DNA of 64,000 nucleotides from Saccostrea echinata (taxonomy: Eukaryota), in NCBI RefSeq assembly GCF_033153115.1, contig NW_026889800.1:4898001-4962000 (forward strand). Direction: 5' to 3'. Below are positions 13,586-25,380 of this stretch, piece by piece (the first letter of the stretch is position 1; the number at the start of each line of letters is the position of its first letter). Under the pieces are notes generated by a model. That model was not told the DNA's origin and ran no database searches. It saw only the letters and a program-made list of their open reading frames with translations. Position numbers and translations under genes: made by a program.

Positions 13586-13921
13586 ATGACAGATACAAAT
13601 TTCGCAGATGTCCACCACATGACAAACCTTCTGGAAAATCTCGTCAATGCGTTTCATGAGTTCAGAGCCCATGAACAAATTGAGAATAAATACATAATGA
13701 AAAAACTAAAAGCAAAACTAAATGCGCTTTCGATTCGGAGCTCAGCTGTGTGTAACTGTCACTCAGACAACAAATTGACGGAGATGTTAATGCTCCTCCA
13801 GGACGGCTACCACTGTCGAGAGAAGGGGGAGGTGGACAGGCAGAACTACGGGATTAAGCTGCGGTCAGCACTGGAGGATTTTACTCAGAAATTCATCCCT
13901 CACATGGAAGAAGAAGAGGAG
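13586..13921 (+). CDS. FBXL5: FBXL5 coding exon 2 (hemerythrin di-iron ligands)
   Basis: TACAG acceptor. Contains HEQIEN, HSDNKL and PHMEEEEE motifs. Donor GTACTG at 13922, phase 0. Confidence 0.95.
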
Positions 13922-14259
13922 GTACTGACACTTTATAAAAAAAATCATACAGTCAATTTTTCCTTTTAGTCAAATTTTGAATTAAATAGAGGTTATTTAA
14001 GATTAAGATAATGACTAAATTATTGTAGGTTATGTATATTTATTCTTGCACACCAGAGTAAAATCATCATAACTAATCTGAAGTGTTAAATCTTTGCCTA
14101 AAAATTCTGTTCAGATTTACCATGTTAAAAAAAAATTTCAAACATCTTTTATTTTTACATTATTTCTTGTATATTTCATCTAGATAAACATGAATGATAG
14201 AGCTGTTGAGTTATCATCGTGGATATGTTAGATTACTAAATCAATGTTTCTTTTTCCAG

Positions 14260-14383
14260 ATTTTTCAGCCCATGCTGATGAAGTATTTTTCCTTTGAAGA
14301 GTTAAGGTCCCTGAAATCTAAAGTGATCAGAAAACATCAACAAACCATTGAGGAAGAATTTGTTGAGAATGAAGAATGTGTTT
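14260..14383 (+). CDS. FBXL5: FBXL5 coding exon 3
   Basis: TTTTTCCAG acceptor. IFQPMLMKYFSFEEL matches VFQPMLMEYFTYEEL. Donor GTAAG at 14384, phase 1. Confidence 0.92.
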
Positions 14384-14486
14384 GTAAGAACAAATTTCAC
14401 CAAAATTGGAGCAAAAAATATTACAGAAATGAGTGATTTCAAATAGAACCAAAATGGTCTTTGTTTTATATATGAAAAAAATGAGT

Positions 14487-14816
14487 AGGACCATTATTAA
14501 TGAATAAAAATAAAAAAAATTGTTTGATGTACTCTGACCCATATTTTTCAAGGTGGGTAGGTAATTTTATTTTAATTATTAACAAAATAGGGTTGATTTG
14601 TATTTCCGGAAAATGAAAAAAAAAATCAATTGTGCAGAGACACACATTTCTTAATAAAAATAATAAAGATCTAATGTCATAAAAATCAGTAATGGTTTCT
14701 TCGGCATAAGTGAGGTACACAAAATATCTATCATAAAAATTGAAGTGCTGAACAAAATGATTGGGTAGGGGCAGTTGCTGGGTCAGTTCAAACTAAACAT
14801 TGTTTATTGTTGGTCT
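14487..14816. mobile_element. Degenerate MITE-like dispersed repeat (related copy starting ~29723)
   Basis: Shares CTGACCCA(T/C)ATTTTTCAAG(G/A)TGGGTAG with 29757-29785. AGG(A)CCA...TGGTCT ends. Confidence 0.4.
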
Positions 14817-15038
14817 GAAATTGTGGATATATATACAGTGTATAATAATGATAGAGAAAAAAATTCTTTCAAATAGAATACTAACAATTTAAGAAAAATC
14901 TGAAAAGTTGTCTAACCTTGCAAGAAAAATTTTAAAAATGCTCTATATTTAATGTAATTTTGAAAACATAAACTCTTAAAGTTTGACTACCTTCCTTTAC
15001 AGTAATGTTTTCTTACATGATCAATGCTTTAATTCCAG

Positions 15039-15251
15039 CCTCATCTTCTGATGAAGATGAAAAATGTATATCAGAATCCCGCCGTGAGCCCCAAGGTGTT
15101 GAATGTTTACCTGATGAAGTCATGATGAACATCTTCTCCTACCTGAATCCTAAGGAGTTATGTACCTCTGCCCAGGTGTCAAAAAGATGGAACAGTCTGG
15201 CCATGGATGGATCTAACTGGAGAGTCCTTAGACCTGTTCAGTGGTTCAAGG
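15039..15251 (+). CDS. FBXL5: FBXL5 coding exon 4 (F-box)
   Basis: TTCCAG acceptor. F-box LPDEVMMNIFSYLNPKELCTSAQVSKRWNSLA. Donor GTAAG at 15252, phase 1. Confidence 0.95.
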
Positions 15252-15575
15252 GTAAGAAAATAAGAGGAAATGGTAATCAAATTAAAATCAAGAATATACA
15301 TAAATATATATCTAACTTTAGCCTCTGTTTAAACAAATATGAAGGTTATTTTGATGATAGCTCGAAGACTTCCATGTAAGTGTTGCACAATACTAAATTT
15401 ACATTAAGTAGAATGGTTTTATTTCTAAATATTAGTACCTTTTTTTGATTTTCTGCTCTGAATGTGAGGCTGGACTTGTTTCCCTTAAAGCATCCTTATA
15501 ATCCTTAGTTATTTATTTTAAAGAGTGCTGCATGCAGTAATTTCAATATTGGATTACTAAGGTAAATTTTGATAA

Positions 15576-16575
15576 TTTTATCCTCCACAAACAAAGTTTG
15601 GAAAGGGGGGGGGGGTAAATAAAAAACACCTTGTCAATCCATCCTCTGCTTAGCTGTCTGTCTGTGCAATTGTTTCCAGGCTATGTAACTCTGGAAAAAC
15701 ATTGGGAGCTCATACTTGGTACAAAGATTGGATTGTTCATGAGAGTGTGTTTTGACTTCATTCCAGCAAGTTGAAGGTCACTGGTAAAAAGTAATTAAAG
15801 TATCTCATCTTTTTCCACTGAAGAACTTCCTAATGAGGAAACTTGGAACTTCATACCACATACAAAGATTTGACCTAAAGCTTCAAAAAGGTCTTGGCCC
15901 AAGGTCATGTGATAAAGTTCAAGGTCACTATTAGAAAATTGTTTAATTTCTGCCCTGACCATATCTTGTACTGGAAAACATTAGCAGCTAAAACTTATCA
16001 CAGATATTTCTTATGGAATGAGGATATGTATTGACCTTAACCCAAGGCCATTCTCACAAGTTCAAGGTCATTGACAGAAAAAGAGTATTTTTGTGTGTGG
16101 TCCCTAACTCTCTGATGGAGGCTAATTGGAAGTTGATTCTTGTTCATGACTTAAACCAAGGGTGTATCATCATCATAAACCAAGATCATTTTAGCAAGTT
16201 AAAGGTCACTGACAGTAAAAGTGTTAAATTTGTGTATGGTTTATAACTTTCTAAGGCAGTTGATACTTCATACAAATATTATTTATTCCTGAGGGTATGT
16301 CATAACCATGTCCCAAGGTCATTTTGGCAAGTTCAAGGTTACTGGCAGAAAAAAGTGTCCCAACTCATGTCAGGTCCATAACTTTCTACTGGAGAAACAT
16401 TGGATGCCATATTTCACTCGAAGATTACTCATGACCAGGTGGAGTGTATTATTTTTTTTTAACCAAGGTCATTTTGGCAAGTTCATGGTCACATTTAGAA
16501 ATTGTATATGGGCATTATAAAGATATTAAAGCGGGGGATATTATTTTGTGAGCTTGCTCACAGTAGCACTAGTTG
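15576..16575 (+). mobile_element. Degenerate Helentron/DINE-like non-autonomous element with internal decayed tandem repeats
   Basis: T-rich start, GTCT microsatellite, recurring CAAGTTCAAGGTCA motifs, and a 3' hairpin TGTGAGC-TT-GCTCACA. Confidence 0.55.
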
Positions 16576-16610
16576 ACATAGTGAGAATTAATTTAAGTGT
16601 GTTGTTATAG

Positions 16611-16771
16611 GACTCTGGTCTCGTCAGGAGAAGATGGACATTGAGCTCGAAGAGAGGGATCTAGAGAGAGCAGAGTTTTATCCAGTCGATGTGAAGTATG
16701 ATGAAGATGCTGATATAGATGAGTCAGAGGAAAGTGATGATCTTGATGACATGTCTCCAGAGTGGATACTG
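16611..16771 (+). CDS. FBXL5: FBXL5 coding exon 5 (acidic linker)
   Basis: TTATAG acceptor. Encodes DEDADIDESEES, identical to the recalled vertebrate motif. Donor GTAAAT at 16772, phase 0. Not shown in the ORF track. Confidence 0.92.
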
Positions 16772-17072
16772 GTAAATAAAAATAACAATTAGCTGTCATT
16801 TTCAGTTTGTTAAAGCCACAGGGTTTACATATCAGCAAGAGAATTTGTGTGATAAAATATAGATCAGTTAATTAAGCAGAAGTCTCTTTGCTTTGTGAAA
16901 GTTAATGTGACTTGTCTTTTCTACACTTTTGTATCTAGTTCACTACATTTAGCATTTAGATCTATTTTTATGTGGCTGTTTGCTTTTTGATTATTCAGAG
17001 TGTTCTGTTAAATTGTTTGGTACTGTAGTAAAGTGTATGTAAATGAGATAATAATGAAAGAATTTGAATCAG

Positions 17073-17186
17073 GTTGAGAAAGAGTCCAGGATGTTGACTT
17101 CTATGGTGAAGCACCTTTTCCCCAGGGTGGGAGCAAGTGTGGTCGAGTTACACCTGGGCTACAGCCGGGGATTAACTAATGGAGTG
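17073..17186 (+). CDS. FBXL5: FBXL5 coding exon 6 (LRR start)
   Basis: VEKESRMLTSMVKHLFPRVGASVVELHLGYSRGLTNGV aligns with [30 protein letters not shown]. Donor GTAAGT at 17187. The acceptor is purine-rich, and an in-frame alternative exists at 17061. Confidence 0.85.
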
Positions 17187-18000
17187 GTAAGTATAAGAGG
17201 TTTACATGTAAAGTTAGACAGAGCCTTAATAATGAAGTAGTAAGTCTTAGAGGTTTACATTTATATCTAAATAGGTTTACACCTACCTGTATAACTAGAC
17301 AGGGCCTAACTAACAGAGTTAAGTCTCAGAGGTTTACTTCTCTACATATATACAAGGTTTATGTCTCTACATATATAGCTAGGCATATATATATAAATAG
17401 GTCTTAGTGGTCTCACAGAAAATACTACTCCATGTGTAGATGTACATATAGATTTTATGAGGACCTAAGTATGTCTTACAGAAACTACATGTTTTGATAG
17501 AGGAGCCTAAGAAACATAGTGGTAAGTGTCAGAGAAACTATAATTATATGTATAGCTAGACAGGGCCAAACTAATAAAGTGATCCCAGAGAACTACAGCT
17601 ACATGTGAAGCTAGAAAGGACCTGACAGGGTGGTAAGACGTAGAGAAACTATAAACTACATTTATAGCTAGAGGGGGCCAAACTAATAAAGTGATCCCAG
17701 AGAACTACAACTACATGTGAAGCTAGAAAGGGCCTGACAGGGTGGTAAGACGTAGAGAAACTATAAACTACATGTATAGCTAGACGGGGCCAAACTAATG
17801 AAATGGTCGCACAGATTAGATATAGTAAGACAAGGCCTAACTAACTGAATGGTCACACAGAAGCTACATCTACATGTATAGCTATACACATAGATAATAT
17901 GAGGGCCTAACTAGGTCGTACAAAAGCTTTAAATTACAGGTATAGCTAAAGGGGCCTAACTAACGGGGTGGTAAGTCTTACAGAAGCTTAATTTACATGT
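17147..18000 (+). repeat. Degenerate ~56-bp tandem repeat derived from the exon 6 3' end and donor site
   Basis: Recurring ...GGGCCTAACTAA..GGTGGTAAG... units, including a near-exact 112-bp dimer (17581 vs 17693). Confidence 0.75.
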
Positions 18001-18523
18001 TTATTCTTGCTATAAACCAGGTTTCAATTAAGGCATATTAGCAAGTACAGTCATTGGATATAAGTATTCATCACTGACATCAAAATGGCAGCGGTTTGTT
18101 TACATTAGCTACTCAGCAGAAAATGTCCCCCGGAATTTTTTTGTGAGATGACCCTTCATTATTATTAATTCTCGTAGCCTTTGGGGAAATGTTAAATAAA
18201 GTTTCCGAATATAATTTATATTTACGTTTTTCCAAAAAATGTTCACAGTCAAGTTGAGATGGTATTTTTGACAGACTGTAGATGTTTTTTTTAATCGTAA
18301 CTAAATGTTTTCTATCATATTTATATCTGTTTACTGTACTGACCACATATGTAATTATAATACATATATGTAATATTTTCTTCCATAAAGACACCAAGTA
18401 AGAGGGATCAATGTATGGGGAAATCCTGTCATTCTGAAAAATGTAATTTCATTCATAAAAATATCCAGCAATAACAGGCCACAAATTGTTTTCTACATGT
18501 CAAGTTTTACGGCCATTGGTGTA

Positions 18524-18569
<46 letters not shown>

Positions 18570-18623
18570 CATTTTGTCTGTAGTCCGTCTGTCCGTCTGT
18601 CTGTCCGTCTGTAAACTTTTCAC

Positions 18624-18660
<37 letters not shown>

Positions 18661-18681
18661 CAATCAAACTTGCCACAAAGT

Positions 18682-18731
<50 letters not shown>

Positions 18732-20332
18732 CTTCCAAGGGGAGATAATTAAGAATTCGTGAAAAATTAATGGCATCATTAAAAAATCTTCTTCTCAAGA
18801 ACCACTGTGCTTGAAAACATGAAACTTATGTGGAAGCATCCTCAGGTAGTGTAGATTCAAGTTTGTTCAAATCATGACCCCCGGGGGTAGGGTGGGGCCA
18901 CAATGGGCGATCAAAGTTTTACATAGGAAATATACAGGAAAAATCTTTAAAAATCTTCTTCTCAAGAACAGCAAAGCCATACTTGGTCATATTTATATGG
19001 TAGCATCCTCAGATAGTGTACATTCAAGTTTGTTCAAATCATGACCCCCGGGGGTCGGGTGGGGCCACAATGGGTGATCAAAGTTTTACATAGGAATATA
19101 TAGGAAAAATCTTCAAAAATCTTCTTCTCAAGAACAGCAAAGCCATGATTGGTCATATTTACTTGGAAGCATCCTCAGGTAGTGTAGATTCAAGTTTGTT
19201 CAAATCATGACCCCCGGTGGTAGGGTGGGGCCACAATGGGCAATCAAAGTTTTACATAGGAATATATAGGAAAAATCTTTAAAAATCTTCTTCTCAAGAA
19301 CAACAAAGCCATCATTGGTCATATTTATATGGTAGCATCCTCAGGTAGTGTAGATTCAAGTTTGTTCAAATCATGACCCCCGGGGGTCGGGTGGGACCAC
19401 AATGGGCGATCAAAGTTTTACATAGGAATATATAGGAAAAATCTTTAAAAATCTTCTTCTCAAGAACAGCAAAGCCATGATTGCTCATATTTACATGGAA
19501 GCATCCTCAGGTAGTGTACATTCAAATTTATTCAACTCATGACCCCCGGGGGTCGGGTGGGGCCACAATGGGCGATCAAAGTTTTACATAGGAACACATA
19601 GTAAAAATCTTCTTCTCAAGAACAGCAAAGCCATGATTGGTCATATTTATATGGTAGCATCCTCAGATAGTGTACATTCAAATTTGTTCAAATCATGACC
19701 CCCGGGGGTCGGGTGGGGCCACAATGGGCGATCAAAGTTTTACATAGGAACACATAGTAAAAATTCTAAAAAAAAAAAAACAATTTATTAAGAATAGCAA
19801 AGCCATGATTGGTCATATTTATATGGTAGCATCCTCAGATAGTGTACATACAAATGTGCTCGAATCATGACCCCCGGGAGTCGGGTGGGGCCACAATGGG
19901 CCATCAAAGTTTTACATTGGAACACATAGGAAAAATCTTTAAATAAAACTATTTGTTAAGAATAGCAAAGCCATGATTGGTCATATTTATATGGAAGCAT
20001 TCTTAGATAGTGTACATTCAAGTTTGTTCAAACATGACCCCTGTGGGTCGGGTGGGGCCACAATGGGTGATCAAAGTTTTACATAGGAATACATAGGTTA
20101 AATCTTTAAAAATCTTCTACTCAAGAACAGCAAAGCCATGATTGGTCATATTTAAATGGAAGCATCCTCAGATAATGTAGATTCAAATTTGTTCAATTCC
20201 TGACACCCCCCCCCCCCCCCCCCCCCAACCACTTTTATATTTAAACTTTTCAACCTTTCAAGATTGAAGTGATTTCTGCTTTTTCCTAGCCATAGTGCTC
20301 AGGTGAGCGATGTGGCCCCTGGGCCTCTTGTT
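18524..20332 (+). mobile_element. Non-autonomous Helentron (HINE/pearl-like) carrying ~9 copies of a 166-167 bp satellite
   Basis: 5' hairpin GCTCACCTGAGCCGAAGGCTCAAGTGAGC, GTCC/GTCT microsatellite, 166-167 bp units (ATCATGACCCC at 18871, 19038, 19204, 19370...), 3' subterminal CTCAGGTGAGC and hairpin GGCCC-CT-GGGCC, T-rich flanks. Confidence 0.85.
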
Positions 20333-20532
20333 GCTTTCACTGACATACTTTTGTCCAGGGACAGTAAATGAATTGTATACTTGTAGATTTTCAAAATCAA
20401 AAACATTGTTTTTGTCAAGCAATTGATGTTATGGAGTTATGTCCCTTTGACCTTATTTATTTGATATCAGATACTCCATGTTTATTCAGGAGCTATAAGA
20501 TTTTATTGATTATGACATTTTGTTCTTAATAG

Positions 20533-20615
20533 CTATACAGAATGTTGAGCTGTTGTGCCAATATTGAAGTGCTAGACCTCACACAGACGAGGGTATCAGA
20601 CATCGGATTTAAGAG
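20533..20615 (+). CDS. FBXL5: FBXL5 coding exon 7 (LRR)
   Basis: LYRMLSCCANIEVLDLTQTRVSDIGFK aligns with [26 protein letters not shown]. Donor GTAGGC at 20616, phase 2. Confidence 0.92.
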
Positions 20616-20801
20616 GTAGGCACACAGACGAGGGTATCAGACATCAGATTTAAGAGGTAGGCACACAGACAAGGGTATCAGACATCGGATTTAAGAGGTA
20701 GGTACACAGACGACAGTATCAGACATCGGATTTAAGAGGTAGGCACACAGGTGGGACGAGGGTATTAGACATCGGATTTAAGAGGTAGGTACACAGGTGA
20801 G
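20580..20801 (+). repeat. 41-bp tandem repeat (5 copies plus a partial) spanning the exon 7 / intron 7 junction
   Basis: Unit CACACAGACGAGGGTATCAGACATCGGATTTAAGAGGTAGG. The first copy is the coding end of exon 7 plus its donor. Confidence 0.95.
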
Positions 20802-20920
20802 AAAGTGTCAGTAGGGGCTGAGATGAATCACTTTTATTTCCTCAACTGAGCTGAAATCATTGGCGAGTTTTTCCTATTAAAGTTTTTCTGTCATCTGTTT
20901 AGTGTCTTTTTTTCATTAAC

Positions 20921-20921
20921 T

Positions 20922-20961
<40 letters not shown>

Positions 20962-22634
20962 CTGTTTTCATCTGGCGTCGTGCGTCGTCCTTCGTGCATT
21001 AACTTTTGAACATTTTCAACTTCATCTCCAAAACCGCTTAACCAATTTCAACCAATTTTGGCATATAGCATTTATGGGTGAAGGGGAACAAAAATTTTGA
21101 ATTTCATGGTCCCTGCCCCCCTGGGGCCCAAGGGGTGGGGCTGAAACCACCAAAATTGATGCAGTCTTTAAAAATCTTCTTTACTCCTGGACACCAACCA
21201 GTCAAACTGTTGACATGATTGTAATAAGCATTGGGCCCTCTACCAAAATTATGAAATTCATGGCCCCAGGGTCAGGGGTTCTGGTGCTAGGACGGGGCTA
21301 TATAGATCATATAGTGAAAATGCATTATTTCTTTGAAAGTCTTCTTCTCTTCTCCAGGGTATTATTTAAACAAACTAAGTGTATGGTTATGATGAGCAAT
21401 GATGCCTTTTCCTAAATTGTGAATTTCATGGCCCCTAGGTCAGGGGTTCTGGTGTTAGGATGGGGCTCTATTGATTATATAGTGAAAATGTATTAATTCT
21501 TTGAAAATCTTCTTCTCTGCTCCTGGGTATTATTTAAACAAACTAAGTGCATGATTATGATAAGAATGATGCCTTTTCAAAAATTGTGAAATTCATGGCC
21601 CCAGGGTTGGGGGAGGGGGGTATATTGATATTATAGTGAAAAAGCATAATTTCTTTGATAAAATATTGAAAATGCATTATTTCTGTTAAATAATCCTGTC
21701 TGTCACCTTTTGTTGAGCAGATAAACAAAGTGCATAGTTATGATGAACAATTGTGCTTCTTAATTTTTTTTTGAAAAACTTGTGGTCCAAGGTTTTGGTT
21801 TTTCACGGGAGGGGGTGGGGGTATATTGATAATATAGTGAAAATATGTTAATTCTTTGAAAATCTTCAACTAAGTGCATAGTTATAATGATGAAGGTACC
21901 TCTACCAAATCTGTAAATTTCATGGGTTTTAGTGTTAGGATAGGGCTGTGTTGATTCTGCAGTGATAATGCATTATTTCTTTGAAAATCTTCTCTGCTCC
22001 TTGGCAAATCGAAGGCAAACAGAATAAATGTTTTAAGAAGCAAAGATATTTTTACCAGATTTTTGAACATCAGCCCCATTTGGTCAAGTGTTCTGGTCCT
22101 GGCCAGTGCTCTATTAATTTGTATTCTATTGAGAAAAGTTATTTCCCTTTGCCATTCACTTTTGATAATTAATCACTGTAAATAATGTACATGTATTTGA
22201 AAGTCAATAGACTAAGAGAATTATGCAAAATATGTTATTGTATAATACTAAAAGTACTTTCATAGTTTTAATGATCAGGTAGCCTTGTAAATAATAAACA
22301 AATCAAAACGAGACAAATTTAACTTATTAAATGTTCTTCAAAAACCAAGAGAGTCCAATGTGAGAGGTCAAAATATGGGGTTAAAACTAGTACGGAAGAA
22401 CTAATGCTAGTTTGTTAATTGTCTGCATTGCGATAGTGCTAAATGGGGGATAGATTAGAATTTAATGTATGAGTTGTTACTGAATACTAGACTAACTATG
22501 TCGTTGATCCTGATCATCCTATTTCTCTTGCTTTTGGGCAACAAAGCTTCATCTATCAGTTTATTTTATATCAATGGATCCTCTAAATTGTTGTATTATA
22601 CTCAGGTGACCATTAAGGCCCTTGGGCCTCTTGT
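20921..22634 (+). mobile_element. Non-autonomous Helentron, second family (~180-bp internal repeats)
   Basis: 5' palindrome AGGTCACCTGAGT-C-ACTCAGGTGACCT, CGT microsatellite, repeated TTCATGGCCCC..GGTCAGGGGTTCTGGTG units, 3' ACTCAGGTGACC and hairpin AGGCCC-TT-GGGCCT. Confidence 0.8.
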
Positions 22635-22967
22635 ATGTTTTTAACTTTCTTTCAAGTAGCACTGAACGAATTTTAACAAAAATTGCTACAAAGCAGTTTT
22701 AAGTAGTGGGGATTCAGGTTCAAATGAAGGACAGTACCAATTTTTGAAGATGAAATAGAAAATCAGTTTGTGTTTATTTGAAAAAAAATTCTGATGAAGA
22801 ACCACTGAAGTAAAAAGACAAAACTTCGCAAAAGCTTCCTTGTTAAGTGAAGATTTGAGTTTGTCAAAATCATGGCTAGAGTGGAACCCCAATAGGGGGT
22901 CAGAGTTTCACATTGGATTGCAGTGTCCTGATTGAAACTGTCCCAATAAGTAAAGCATCCATAATCT

Positions 22968-24472
22968 CTTTTTAGCTCACCTCGATGAAGTCGAGATGAG
23001 CTTATGCTATACCGTCGGCGTCGGTGTCGGCGTTAGCGTCGGCGTCCCAGGTTAAAGTTTTAGGCGCAAGTCTCATTCCCAAGTAACTATAAGCCCTACC
23101 TGGACCAAACTTGCAGGGATGATGCATCTAGGGATGGACAGTACAAAAATTGCTTCGGATGCTGGTTCTGACCTAGATTTTCCAGATGAGTGACCAGGTT
23201 AAAGTTTTAGGAGCAGGTCCATTCCTAAGTAACTATAAGCCCTAACTGGATCAAACTTGCATGGATGATGCATCTAGGGATGGACACTACCACACTTGCT
23301 TCGGATGCTGGATCTGACCTAGATTTTCCGGATGAGTGACCAGGTTAAAGTTTTAGGAGCAGGTCCATTCCCAAGTAACTGTAAGCCCTACCTTGACCAA
23401 ACTTGCATGGATGATGCATCTAGGGATGGACACTACCACACTTACTTCGGATGCTGGATCTGACCTAGATTTTCCAGATGAGTGGCCAGGTTAAAGTTTT
23501 AGGAGCAGGTCCATTCCCAAGAAACTATAAGCCCTATCTTGACCAAACTTGCATGGATGATGCATCTAAGGATGGACACTACCACACTTGCTTCGGATGC
23601 TGGATCTGACCTAGATTTTCCGGATGAGTGACCAGGTTTAAGTTTGAGGAGCAGGTCCATTCCCAAGTAACTATAAGCCCTACCTGGACCAAACTTTCAT
23701 GGATGATGCATCTAGGGATGGACACGACCAAGCTTGCTTCAGATGCTGGATCTGACCTAGATTTTCCAGATGAGTGACCAGGTTAAAGTTTGAGGAGCAG
23801 GTCCATTCCCAAGTAACTATAAGCCCTACCCGGACCAAACTTGCATGGATGATGCATCCAGGGATGGACACTACCACACTTGCTTCGGATGCTGGATCTG
23901 ACCTAGATTTTCCACATGTGAGACCAGGTTTAGATTTAGGAGTAGTCTTGTTCCCAAGTAACTATAAGCCCTACCCAGACCAAACTTTCATGGATGATGC
24001 ATCTAGGGATGTACACTAACCAACCTGCTTCGAATGCTGGATCTGACCTAGATTTTCCACATGAGTGAATTTTAGCCATATTTTAACCAAATTAGCATGG
24101 ATGATATATCTAGGGATGGACACTTCCAGACTTGCCTTGGATTCTGAATCTGACGTACATTTTCCAGATGTGTGACCAGGGTAATTTTTTTGGAGTAGCT
24201 ATATAATATTATGGCCTGTTATGATTAAACTTGCATAGATGGTGCATCTAAGGATGAAAACTTCTAGACTTGCTTTGGATGTTGGAAGTGACCAAAATTT
24301 TCTTGATTACTAAACAGGTCAAAAGTTTTTTGAGCAGGTCTATAATTAAATCAAACTTGCATGGATATTGATCTTGGGATGTACCCTAACTAGAAAAAAA
24401 TATGTGAAATTTGCCTTACATGTAGATAACATTTGTCGAGGTGAGCTTCGTAATCTTTGATTACCTATGTTT
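22968..24472 (+). mobile_element. Non-autonomous Helentron, third family, with ~9 copies of a 146-bp satellite
   Basis: 5' hairpin AGCTCACCTCGA-TGAAG-TCGAGATGAGCT, (GGCGTC)n microsatellite, CCAGGTT at 23194, 23340, 23486 (period 146), 3' TCGAGGTGAGCT and hairpin GTAATC-TTT-GATTAC. Confidence 0.85.
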
Positions 24473-24890
24473 TAACTATATATGTACATGTATACAAACA
24501 TCCTATTAAATTCTTATTCAACAAAGCAATTGATGTATATTGTCTTGTAATGTTATTGTGATATAAAATACTCTGGTAAAATATACAATAAAATGAAGTT
24601 TGCCCCCATATGTACCAAGAACAGAGGCAATTTACTTTAACTTTTACTCTTTGAGATATGATGCTCGATTAAAAGTTCTATATTGAAATATATATATTTT
24701 ATTCATGAACATCTAAGCTCAGCTTCAGAGTCTCGAAGCAATTAAAATTGCTGAAATCGTTTGAACTTTAAAAAGTTAATGGCTACAGTATGGGAGTTAT
24801 TTATCTAATATTTGTCGTCAGAAAGGTTAGATGACTCAGGTGAGTGTTGAGAACCTATTACTAACATCTTCACAACGTTAAAGATGAATC

Positions 24891-25019
24891 NNNNNNNNNN
24901 NNNNNNNNNNNNNNNNNNNNNNNNNNNNNNNNNNNNNNNNNNNNNNNNNNNNNNNNNNNNNNNNNNNNNNNNNNNNNNNNNNNNNNNNNNNNNNNNNNNN
25001 NNNNNNNNNNNNNNNNNNN
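24891..25019. other. Assembly gap (N run)
   Basis: Run of n characters. Confidence 1.
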
Positions 25020-25380
25020 GTGAATTTGATTAAAAGAAATTTGGTGGATTTACATACATAAAACAGCGTAAAACATGAAATAATGATGTGTAAAATGTGA
25101 TTAATGTGTAAAACGTAATTAAAAGAATCTCCCATTGTTTGTGGTTGAATATGAATTTTTTATGCAATGTGTGTGTTTTTATCCCCTCACGAAGGCTCGA
25201 GGATGAAAACACACGACTTGTTGAATAAAAATAATATTCAGTCACAAACCATGGGAGATCCTATATATATTTCAAAAACACAGAAGCTGACATTTTTTAC
25301 TTGTTGGTAGAGTATAATGTTTTTTTATTTTGTATTTATAAAATCTTGAGTAGATTCTAACTAAGAAATTTTTTTTCCAG

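Noticed and set aside
21215-24019. Short ORFs inside the Helentron arrays as transposase remnants
   Set aside because: They derive from satellite units and show no Rep/helicase or DDE motifs.
24891-25019. A missing FBXL5 exon hidden in the N gap
   Set aside because: Exons 7 and 8 join in phase (AG+T = Ser) and the protein is collinear with the recalled FBXL5 sequence across the junction.
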